64,000 bases of DNA from Candidatus Troglogloeales bacterium. Lineage in GTDB: Bacteria > Nitrospirota > Nitrospiria > SBBL01 > SBBA01. The position numbers and the translations under genes are program-made. The stretch covers positions 27 through 64,026 of the forward strand of contig SBBA01000183.1 in NCBI GenBank assembly GCA_005239925.1, in the 5' to 3' direction. Of the stretch, positions 7,184 through 15,082 are shown one piece after another. Under the pieces are notes generated by a model. It ran no database searches. It saw nothing but the letters and a program-made list of their open reading frames with translations, and had not been told where the DNA came from. The stretch's first letter is position 1. Each line of letters opens with the position of its first letter.

Positions 7184-10075
7184 ATGCGACGTTCATACCT
7201 ACGGATTTTTACGCCCTTTGTATTGGTAGCCTATCTGGTATCGGGTTGCGCTACCGCTCGTCTGGCGCCGCTACCGAAGGCCACGCGATTGTTGATATCG
7301 GATGAGCCTCGCAAAGTCGGAATATGGCTCTCTCCCTCCCTTTCAGAGTGGTATATCTCAACGATATTAGTACGGGTACATGAGTTTTTTGGATGGGATG
7401 CTGAACTGGTACCACTTAAATCTAACCCCAAACAGGGGTCACATACAGCGCTGCGAGAACGCGGGTTTACCGATCTCATTATTATTGATGTTGACTACAA
7501 TCAACACGACAGAGGAAATGTGCTCACTAAAAACATTTCTGGAACTATTACAGTGCAGAATATATCCTTGGGTGAAGGTGTTTCCGAGTCGGTGGCTATG
7601 AAGTCGGAGTCGGGAAAGGCACAAAGAGGATACGAATTAAGGGCAAAAGATTTGGGAGAGTTTCTGGGGGAACTGATTGCTTTGCCTTTTGTGTGTCCTA
7701 TAGTAACATTTTTTGCTCCAATCTATTCCCTTGGTGGACTAAGAGATTCAGAGGGTAGAACGATGGCAGAGGAATGGCTTAGATCTTGTCTTCTTCTCGA
7801 AGCCACCCCCCCAAATTATAACGCAGTGGAACCTAAAATTGATCATATGCTCCTGACCCATTTAGATGGATCAGTGAAGCAAGCGATCTCAAAGTATGCA
7901 GTTTTTGAAGATAAAAGTCGGCAACCGCCCACATTGGTAGCGGCTGTTACTTTCAATGATCGCAATGGCGTTCTACCCAACAATATCCTGGATGCAGGGG
8001 AACGGGCTAATCTGGTGATCAAGATAGAAAACAGGGGAAATGGGCCTGCGTATGTTGTGACCCCCGTTGTAACAGGAGAAACAAAGGGATTCACCATGAC
8101 TGCCCCTGAACCTTTACAGAGGATTCCCCCTAATGAGAGTCGTGAAGTCAGAATCCCGGTATTGGGAGGGTTCAATCTTTTGGATGGAAGAGCAAAAATG
8201 CTGATCGAGGTAAAGGAAAAGCGGGAGTATGATGCCAGGAAGGTGCCACTGTCATTTCCAACCGCTCATTTGGAGAAGCCGAATTTAAGCATCGAACCCC
8301 CAAGGATTCAGGACGGAACGAAAGGCATGGCCTCCGGAAATGACAACGGAAAGATAGAAAATGGGGAGACGGTGGAATTACAGGTCTTTGTGGAAAACAC
8401 CGGAGTCGGAGAAGCTTATGGTGCCCGGCTTTCGCTTTTGGAAATATCCCCCTCTGGCGTGGAGATTGTCCAGAAGGAGAGTGATATTGGGCTAATCGGT
8501 ATTAACGAAACGGCGAAAGCGAATGTGGTTATTCGGATACCTCGGAACGTGCAGCTTTCTGGTTTGGAAGCAAAGTTCCGTGTGGAAGAAATCGAACGCA
8601 AGGCTGCACAGACCGAGAAAAGGGTTGCCTTCACAGGCGCAACATTGAAGCCGGAATTGTCGACCCGGGTAGAATGGAATGATAATAATGGAATCTTGGA
8701 GACCGGCAAGACCATCAAAGGGATATTAACGGTGCACAACGGGGGCAGCCTTGCCGCGGAAAACGTAGAAGTGGCCCTCCGTTTAACCGGCCGTGGCGTG
8801 CAACTTACACCACAGCGGTTTCAGGTGGGAAGGTTGGAGCCAAACCAAACGTCGGCACCGCTTTATGCCACATTGACCATATCGCGCACTTTTGAAGCCT
8901 CAGAAATTGTCATTAATACAACCGTACAGCAACAGGATTTCCCAAAAGTTGAAGAGCATCAGACTCATGCCGTGACCCTGCGGCGGCCTAATTTAGTGGT
9001 GATGCAGAGGCTGACCAATCAAGTAATAGGGAATGAAAAGACAATTGGGAGTATTCGACAAGGAGAAAATACAAAAATAGAAATCAGAGTACGCAACCAG
9101 GGTAACATGGATGCGGATGGCGTGACGATCTCGGTTTTAAGTAAACGGCCAGAAGTCCAACTTATTGGAAGAGAAAAAACATTCAAGATCGGCAGGATTC
9201 CAGCGGGCCAGAACAGCGAACCGATTCAGATACCATTGACCATCCTTCGGAGTGCACCGGTGGAGGTGGCAGAGATTGTCGTGGAAGTGTCCCAGGACGA
9301 TTTTCCTGATTCAGAACAGAAAGGCGTGTTGATGGTTCAAGCGGAAAGCGCCGAAGAGATCAAGATCGTGGGCGAAGCAACAAAGGAACCCAAGCCTGTT
9401 GTGCAGCCTTCCATTGCCACTAATCCAATCGTTATCGTCAGCCCCCAACCGTCAGAAGGTATTGTTCAGGACACATTTAACCTGATCTGGGATGAAGTCG
9501 GGGATGTTGCTTCCGTGGAGGTTAGAGTGAATGGGGATCCAATCGATCCACAACCAATACGAGGCATTACCCTTACTGAAAAGGCTGAAAAACAGGGTCC
9601 CCGGCATCGTAAGACAATTCCATTAAAGCTTGGAAAAAACACGATTGTGCTCATTGCGTATGACCTTGCTAATAAGCGTTGGGAGGATGAGATTGTAGTG
9701 ACGCGATTGGCCGAGCGTGGAGAAATTTGGGCGGCCGTGATTGGAATATCATCATACAATCATGTTCCTTCCCTTGAGTATGCCAGAAAGGATGCGGATG
9801 CATTCCTGGCCTATCTGAAAGAATACATGGACGTACCCTCAGACCATATCCGTACCCTATATGATAGTGATGCAACGGTTCAGAACATGAAATCCACTTT
9901 GGGCACATGGCTAAGGGAAAAGACCGGCAAGAACGATACTGTATTTATTTACTATGCGGGTCACGGCGCACCCGAGGCAAACCCGGAAAGCCTGGATGGA
10001 GATGGTCTTGAGAAATATCTCCTCCCAACAGAGGCGAATCCTGCCGATCTCTTTAGCACAGCATTCCCCATGTAG
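7184..10075 (+). CDS. Lipoprotein with repeated CARDB-like beta-sandwich modules and the His half of a caspase-like (peptidase C14) domain, ended by an in-frame TAG
   Basis: 963-aa ORF with the lipobox 'LVSGC'. At least four repeats of the type 'G(E/K)x..L.V.V.N.G...A' are present. The C-terminal 'WAAVIGISSYN...VFIYYAGHGAPE' is the caspase His motif. Confidence 0.8.
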   Translation: MRRSYLRIFTPFVLVAYLVSGCATARLAPLPKATRLLISDEPRKVGIWLSPSLSEWYISTILVRVHEFFGWDAELVPLKSNPKQGSHTALRERGFTDLIIIDVDYNQHDRGNVLTKNISGTITVQNISLGEGVSESVAMKSESGKAQRGYELRAKDLGEFLGELIALPFVCPIVTFFAPIYSLGGLRDSEGRTMAEEWLRSCLLLEATPPNYNAVEPKIDHMLLTHLDGSVKQAISKYAVFEDKSRQPPTLVAAVTFNDRNGVLPNNILDAGERANLVIKIENRGNGPAYVVTPVVTGETKGFTMTAPEPLQRIPPNESREVRIPVLGGFNLLDGRAKMLIEVKEKREYDARKVPLSFPTAHLEKPNLSIEPPRIQDGTKGMASGNDNGKIENGETVELQVFVENTGVGEAYGARLSLLEISPSGVEIVQKESDIGLIGINETAKANVVIRIPRNVQLSGLEAKFRVEEIERKAAQTEKRVAFTGATLKPELSTRVEWNDNNGILETGKTIKGILTVHNGGSLAAENVEVALRLTGRGVQLTPQRFQVGRLEPNQTSAPLYATLTISRTFEASEIVINTTVQQQDFPKVEEHQTHAVTLRRPNLVVMQRLTNQVIGNEKTIGSIRQGENTKIEIRVRNQGNMDADGVTISVLSKRPEVQLIGREKTFKIGRIPAGQNSEPIQIPLTILRSAPVEVAEIVVEVSQDDFPDSEQKGVLMVQAESAEEIKIVGEATKEPKPVVQPSIATNPIVIVSPQPSEGIVQDTFNLIWDEVGDVASVEVRVNGDPIDPQPIRGITLTEKAEKQGPRHRKTIPLKLGKNTIVLIAYDLANKRWEDEIVVTRLAERGEIWAAVIGISSYNHVPSLEYARKDADAFLAYLKEYMDVPSDHIRTLYDSDATVQNMKSTLGTWLREKTGKNDTVFIYYAGHGAPEANPESLDGDGLEKYLLPTEANPADLFSTAFPM

Positions 10076-10078
10076 GAT

Positions 10079-10501
10079 GTGGATAAGATTTTGGGCCGTA
10101 TCAATGCCGATCGGATTGTCTTTATTGTGGACTCCTGTTTTTCCGGGGCCAGTGGGGGTAGAACACTCCTGGCGTCCAACAAGACCAGGGCAACCTTGTC
10201 TGATCAGTTTTTGGAGCGGCTATCTCGCGGGAAAGGGCGGGTGATTTTATCAGCCTCCCGTGCCAATGAGTTAAGTATTGAGGGAGCCCGATTCGGAGGT
10301 GGTCATGGCGTGTTTACCTATTACTTGCTTGAAGGGCTTAGAGGAAAAGCCGATTACAGCCGAGATGGACTGGTCGATATAGACGAGGTCTATCGGTATC
10401 TATCTGAAAACGTCCCCACGGCAACGGGCCAGCGTCAGACGCCAGTGAAGAAAGGAGAAGTGGAAGGAACGCTCATTGTGGGGAAGGTGAGAAACAAGTA
10501 A
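10079..10501 (+). CDS. Cys half of the same caspase-like (C14) domain, in the same frame as 7184..10075
   Basis: The 140-aa ORF is in frame with the upstream ORF across TAG 10073-10075. 'RIVFIVDSCFSGASGG' is the caspase catalytic Cys motif. It has no convincing RBS of its own. Confidence 0.7.
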   Translation: MDKILGRINADRIVFIVDSCFSGASGGRTLLASNKTRATLSDQFLERLSRGKGRVILSASRANELSIEGARFGGGHGVFTYYLLEGLRGKADYSRDGLVDIDEVYRYLSENVPTATGQRQTPVKKGEVEGTLIVGKVRNK

Positions 10502-10510
10502 AGGGCGATT

Positions 10511-11122
10511 CTAAAATCCAAATTTTTTACGAACCATTAGCTTCTTAATTTTTTCGTCGCCAAGCCAAACCTTGGCATTATTTTCAAGGTCAATTAACTC
10601 AAGGGTAACCTGGAAATATTTATACCGTTCATTCTCAACCTGTTCCTCAAAGGAAGAAATCACCCCCTTGAGCATATAATCGGCCGCAATCTCCTTGCCC
10701 AACCCCTTCGCCGTGGTCTCACTAGAGTGAATCTGTTGTTGGGCACGCTCCTCGCGAATCTCCTGCCGTTCTTCGGAGGAGGCGACAAAAAGAACCCGAC
10801 CCGAATTGGTTAGCTCCCGCTCCAGGTCCTTTGTAAAGGTTTGGGTGGGAATATGGTCATGACTCTTGTTGACAACGGTGCCAACGATTACCATCGGTTC
10901 TTTTCCTGTCTTCTTCTGAAAGGTATCGATCCATCGGCCCCGAAGCACGTCATCCACCATCTTTCGCGCAACCAGTTGCGAATCGGTGTCATTCCATCGA
11001 TCCGAGAGGTCAACGGTCTGTTCGGTCTCCAATCGAGACACCTTTGTGGTCGCGCAGCTAGATACCACGGCAACGACCAAACCCGATATGATTAAATGCC
11101 ACACTCTGTTTTGCATTGTCAT
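10511..11122 (-). CDS. LpoB-like (COG3417-type) outer-membrane lipoprotein
   Basis: 203-aa ORF with the lipobox 'VVSSC'. It contains 'VDLSDRWNDTDSQLVARKM', 'MVIVGTVVNKS' and 'ADYMLKGVISS...YKYFQVTLELIDLENNAKVW', the typical LpoB-family layout. Confidence 0.65.
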   Translation of the reverse strand: MTMQNRVWHLIISGLVVAVVSSCATTKVSRLETEQTVDLSDRWNDTDSQLVARKMVDDVLRGRWIDTFQKKTGKEPMVIVGTVVNKSHDHIPTQTFTKDLERELTNSGRVLFVASSEERQEIREERAQQQIHSSETTAKGLGKEIAADYMLKGVISSFEEQVENERYKYFQVTLELIDLENNAKVWLGDEKIKKLMVRKKFGF

Positions 11123-11700
11123 TCCTCCTTTGGGCTTCCCAACTGAGGTTGAGAGGCCATCTCTTCGCTTTGCACTTTAAATTGGTCAAACGATTTTTCC
11201 ACGTTCCTTCTGATAAACCCTTTCAACTCGGGACTTAACTCGCGTGCGGCAAGAACCTCTTTTTTAAATTGATTTAACGTTAGTTCTGCCAGTGAATAAA
11301 AGGTGCCATCTTTTGGGTCGGTCCATGATTCAGTATGATCAATATTAAAGAGAATGCTGGTGGTTGCATAGGTCTTTAATATCCTTTCGGCATTTTGCGT
11401 CTCGTTAAATTCCTTTAAATCTGTTTCCGAGAGGGTCTGGGTGTAATCCTTTAATAGCGAATCAATAAAGGCCTCCAGTATGCGGGTAAGCTCGGACTGG
11501 GCAATCTTTTCCGCCGTCATCTTTAATAGTGCTTCGCTCTGTCCAGCAGATATCTTCCCTACCCCATAAAATACCTGTTTGTTTAAGAAAGCGCTTCTGT
11601 TTTTTTGAACCCAATCTGGTCGTGCATGCCCTATGCAGCCAGCCAATGTCAGGCCAATTGCGCCGAAAACGATCCCTTTTAATATTGTTTTTATGGCCAC
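11119..11700 (-). CDS. LPP20/FlgP-like lipoprotein
   Basis: The ORF is open to 11790, but that start would overlap the upstream gene. GTG at 11700 gives 'VAIKTILKGIVFGAIGLTLAGC' with a lipobox. 'FYGVGKISAG...AEKIAQSELTRILE' resembles LPP20. There is a 4-bp overlap with the downstream LpoB-like gene. Confidence 0.55.
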   Translation of the reverse strand: MAIKTILKGIVFGAIGLTLAGCIGHARPDWVQKNRSAFLNKQVFYGVGKISAGQSEALLKMTAEKIAQSELTRILEAFIDSLLKDYTQTLSETDLKEFNETQNAERILKTYATTSILFNIDHTESWTDPKDGTFYSLAELTLNQFKKEVLAARELSPELKGFIRRNVEKSFDQFKVQSEEMASQPQLGSPKEE

Positions 11701-11713
11701 CTCGATTATACCC

Positions 11714-12532
11714 TTAAAAAGGTGTTGAAGTGATGAGTACGTTAACAAATTTCTTTCCCGTTTTTTCTTCTGTTGCATATTCACGGGCAAGCATACGTAC
11801 CCTCTGATCGAGGCTACGATAGAAATTTTCGATCTGTTCTCTTGGAATATTGAGATAATGATTGCGAAGATAGGTGTTTTGATCCTTGCGAACTACTTTC
11901 TCCAAAAGCCCCTTTGTAAATATACTACAGAATTCCATCGAAAGAGAGCGCCGTTCCTCGGGAGCGACAGGCACATAATGATGCGATATAGATCGAACTT
12001 TTTCTTTTTGGAGTTCAATCAGCCCCTGTTTTTGCAAAATATCAACCACCGTATCAACTAAAACCAGCGGCTGCGCCTTTCCCTTTCCAATCTCCTGCAC
12101 CGCCTCCTGCAGATCGCTTCTCCATTTCTTTTGGGTTACCCAACTGTCGTCGTTTGGGAGGGCAGTAATAGCGCGACTCACCAAGAAGGCAATTTCAGCC
12201 TCTTCAATACCCTCTCCTTTCTCCTTGTTCACCTTGATAATTCGACGAAACTCACGCGAAAAGGCATGAAGGATACGATCCTGCCACAATAACACCAGAA
12301 GCTCATTAACATCCTGTCCTCGTAATTGGGCTAGCCTGTGGACTAGGGCCTCGGGCGGGAACCGCTTCCCTTTTTCGATATAACTCAACATGACCGGGTC
12401 AACTGTGCCATCCATAGCCTCCGTGGCAAAACGCTGAAGGGTAAATCCACGTCCCATGAGTACCCGCGTCTCGTAAAAAATATCTCTTAACTTTTTAAAA
12501 GTGGTCATCTTAGGCGTTATCATTATGGTCAT
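11714..12532 (-). CDS. HTH transcriptional regulator, paralog 1 (architecture resembles TIGR02147/DUF4423)
   Basis: 272-aa ORF with an XRE-like HTH 'FTLQRFATEAMDGTVDPVMLSYIEKGKRF'. It aligns end to end with 13505..14326. Confidence 0.7.
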   Translation of the reverse strand: MTIMITPKMTTFKKLRDIFYETRVLMGRGFTLQRFATEAMDGTVDPVMLSYIEKGKRFPPEALVHRLAQLRGQDVNELLVLLWQDRILHAFSREFRRIIKVNKEKGEGIEEAEIAFLVSRAITALPNDDSWVTQKKWRSDLQEAVQEIGKGKAQPLVLVDTVVDILQKQGLIELQKEKVRSISHHYVPVAPEERRSLSMEFCSIFTKGLLEKVVRKDQNTYLRNHYLNIPREQIENFYRSLDQRVRMLAREYATEEKTGKKFVNVLITSTPF

Positions 12533-12871
12533 CCAAAAATTACTAGGCCTCCTTATTTGATCTATCTACCCCAATGGCTAGGGTTTGTCTATTATACAAA
12601 CACTATATGTTATGGTCAATAGGATAGAGCAAAAAAGACTTAAAATTATTTGCAATATTCCATGAACGCAACACTTACTATAAAGATAACACACCTACGA
12701 TCTTTTATGTTAATGGTGGTTTGTCAGATATTTGGCATTAATATTAAATTTGATCTCTATTGGACGGCCCTAGGCAAAATAGATAGTCTTCATACCCGAG
12801 ACAGGTAGACTAACAGCAAAAAAAGATGGATTTTTTACGTGAAACAGTACAGAAACAAGCCAATTTCTGTC

Positions 12872-13489
12872 TCAAGGTTGAGGGGTAACAGTCACATCTG
12901 TGACAACAAAAGCCACCCTTGCTTTAAAGCTACTGAGGAGTCCATCGGATGTTGCTGGATTCGTGCCCGATGGATAGGCCAGTACGGCAAGATCAACCCG
13001 ACTAGATGTGACACTAGATACCCCCCTTATCGGAACAACGATTTCGGCCTTAGGAAGGTCAGATGACGGCACAGCAACAAAAGGAGACGGGACTATTTCC
13101 CAGTGAGTGGAGAACGGGGCCTGGTAACGAACAGCCATAAAATATTGAGTGTCAGACTGAAAACCCTTTATATCCTGAATACCCACCTTTAGACCACATG
13201 GGCCTAAATTTGTTTCCAGGACGCAAGAAACAGAGGGCTCTGACTGAGCCGTAATAATCATGGAGAACTCATTATTTTTACCAATACTATCACCGGTTTT
13301 GTTGCCTGAACAAAAGAGTGTCCCATTTGATTCTTCGCAAACCGATTCCGCATTTACCCTTGTAATCAGTTGCTGCTCTTGATCAAAACGGGCATCAAAC
13401 CCGCTGGAGCCACTGCCACCACAACCCACTAAGGCCAAAAGGCCAGATATAAAGATAAAAAATCGTGAAATCTGTTTTCTCGTCTTCAT
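12872..13489 (-). CDS. Putative lipoprotein of unknown function
   Basis: 205-aa ORF with the signal and lipobox 'FIFISGLLALVGCGGSGSSG'. It lies immediately downstream of regulator paralog 2. Confidence 0.65.
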   Translation of the reverse strand: MKTRKQISRFFIFISGLLALVGCGGSGSSGFDARFDQEQQLITRVNAESVCEESNGTLFCSGNKTGDSIGKNNEFSMIITAQSEPSVSCVLETNLGPCGLKVGIQDIKGFQSDTQYFMAVRYQAPFSTHWEIVPSPFVAVPSSDLPKAEIVVPIRGVSSVTSSRVDLAVLAYPSGTNPATSDGLLSSFKARVAFVVTDVTVTPQP

Positions 13490-13504
13490 AAAATGACTCT
13501 CCTT

Positions 13505-14326
13505 TTAAAGTGGGGTTGAGGTAATCAGCACATTAAGAAACTTCTTACCTGTTCTTTCTTCGGTCGCATACTCTCCCACAATATCGCGCACTTCTTGATC
13601 CAGCCGACGATAGAAATCTTCAATGCGATCCGGAGAAATTTGCAGGTAGTGGTTCCTTACGTAGGACTCCTTATCCTGTCGCACCATTTTATCAAGAAGC
13701 CCTTTCGCAAAAATACCACAGAACTCTACAGCCAGAGAGCGCTTTTCCTCGGAATTTCCAGGAACATAGTGATTTTCCAGACGCCTCACTTTTTCTTTAT
13801 TGCGCTCGATAAGTCTGTGTTCAAGTAAGATATTGGCCACCGTCTTAACCAGGCTCTGAGGTCGTTTTTGGCCTAATTCCTCTAATGCCGTCTGTAAATC
13901 CTGCCGCCAGCGTACGGCCGTTACCCAGCTGCCATCATCCGGCAAGGCCGCAATGGCACGACTCACCATGAAGGCTACTTCCGCATCGGAGACACCATCC
14001 ACCCTGCCCTTATTGTCTCCCTTAATAACTCGACGCAGCTCACGAGAGAAGGCATGAATCATACGATCTTGCCACAAAAGAACCAGCAGGTCCTGGGGAT
14101 CCTGTTCTCGAACACGAGCCAGCTTATAAACCAGGGACTCCGTGGCAAACCGCTTCCCCTTCTCAATATAGCTAAGCATAACCGGATCAACGGTGCCACC
14201 TAAAGCCTCTGTAGCAAATTTGTTGAGGGTATACCCTCGACCCATTAAAACCCGTGTTTCATAAAAAATATCTTTTAATCTTTTAAATGTAGATGTACTT
14301 GGAGCCATAATCGCCGCCTTCCCCAA
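13505..14326 (-). CDS. HTH transcriptional regulator, paralog 2
   Basis: 273-aa ORF. It shares long identical runs with 11714..12532: 'DIFYETRVLMGRG', 'GTVDPVMLSYIEKGKRF', 'LLVLLWQDR' and 'NVLITSTP'. Confidence 0.7.
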   Translation of the reverse strand: MGKAAIMAPSTSTFKRLKDIFYETRVLMGRGYTLNKFATEALGGTVDPVMLSYIEKGKRFATESLVYKLARVREQDPQDLLVLLWQDRMIHAFSRELRRVIKGDNKGRVDGVSDAEVAFMVSRAIAALPDDGSWVTAVRWRQDLQTALEELGQKRPQSLVKTVANILLEHRLIERNKEKVRRLENHYVPGNSEEKRSLAVEFCGIFAKGLLDKMVRQDKESYVRNHYLQISPDRIEDFYRRLDQEVRDIVGEYATEERTGKKFLNVLITSTPL

Positions 14327-14621
14327 AAGCTATGAATCTGCGTATCTATTTTTCAAGGGGCCTTCCCCCGACGAACAAGATAACACCCTTCATAACAACA
14401 CCGCCATACTCAAAATGGGGGGATTACTAAAAAATACCCCAACCTATATGGTCAGTTCTTAACAGCCCCCCATGCTAAGGGTATAACATAAATTAAAATA
14501 TGTCAACTCAACCCATTTCGGTAGATAGCCTGAGCCTGTTTATAGACCGGATTGTGAACACTATCTCTTTTAGCGCCATATTCGAGCTTTTATACAATTA
14601 GACAACGTAGGGTATAAAAAG

Positions 14622-14649
14622 TTTAATCTATTTTACAAAATAGATTAAA
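14622..14649. promoter_or_regulatory. Perfect 13-bp-arm palindrome in the AT-rich region upstream of regulator paralog 2
   Basis: TTTAATCTATTTT-ac-AAAATAGATTAAA. Related half-sites (TTTGATCTAT at 12556, TTTGATCTCTAT at 12749, AAAATAGATAG at 12776) lie upstream of paralog 1. Confidence 0.4.
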
Positions 14650-14886
14650 AAGTTTTTTCAACAAGTCTTCTACATCTTCCGAATCTTCCGAAAAGTCAAA
14701 AACGGATATTCAATTGTTTCAGCTTACCAAAAAGGATAACGCAAGCTTGAAAAGTAGTGCACAAATAGGCACCCTTAATTGCTGGATTGTACAGGAGCAA
14801 TAAAAAGGCTTCTTTCTTATAGGGATCTAGGCTTATGTCGGACAAACCGAGAGACTACCTTGAAAATAAGACTGGAAAGAGCATAA

Positions 14887-15028
14887 GGGCACCTCTAAAA
14901 ACCTACTGCGCGACCCAATTGCTGTGTTGCGCGGTGCTCGAAATCCTCATGTATACTGCATAGATTGCGGTTTCTCCGCTCCGTGCGCCTTGCACTTGGG
15001 CCGCTCGCGACGGTTTTTAGAGATGCCC
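14887..15028 (+). mobile_element. Family A MITE-like element, copy A2 (142-bp subtype)
   Basis: TIRs are GGGCACCTCTAAAAACC and GGTTTTTAGAGATGCCC. Flanking direct repeat is ATAA/ATAA. No ORF is present. Confidence 0.8.
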
Positions 15029-15082
15029 ATAAGAAAGCGAACAGCACTTTATGTCCAGGATCTTAATTGGCGCATACATCCT

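Noticed and set aside
10073-10075. TAG in the caspase gene read as pyrrolysine or a reassigned sense codon
   Set aside because: TAG terminates several well-supported neighbouring genes exactly where their homologues would be expected to end (for example 1077, 1891 and 2693). No pyl genes are in the window. I cannot exclude low-level natural readthrough, which is kept as a hypothesis in the finding.
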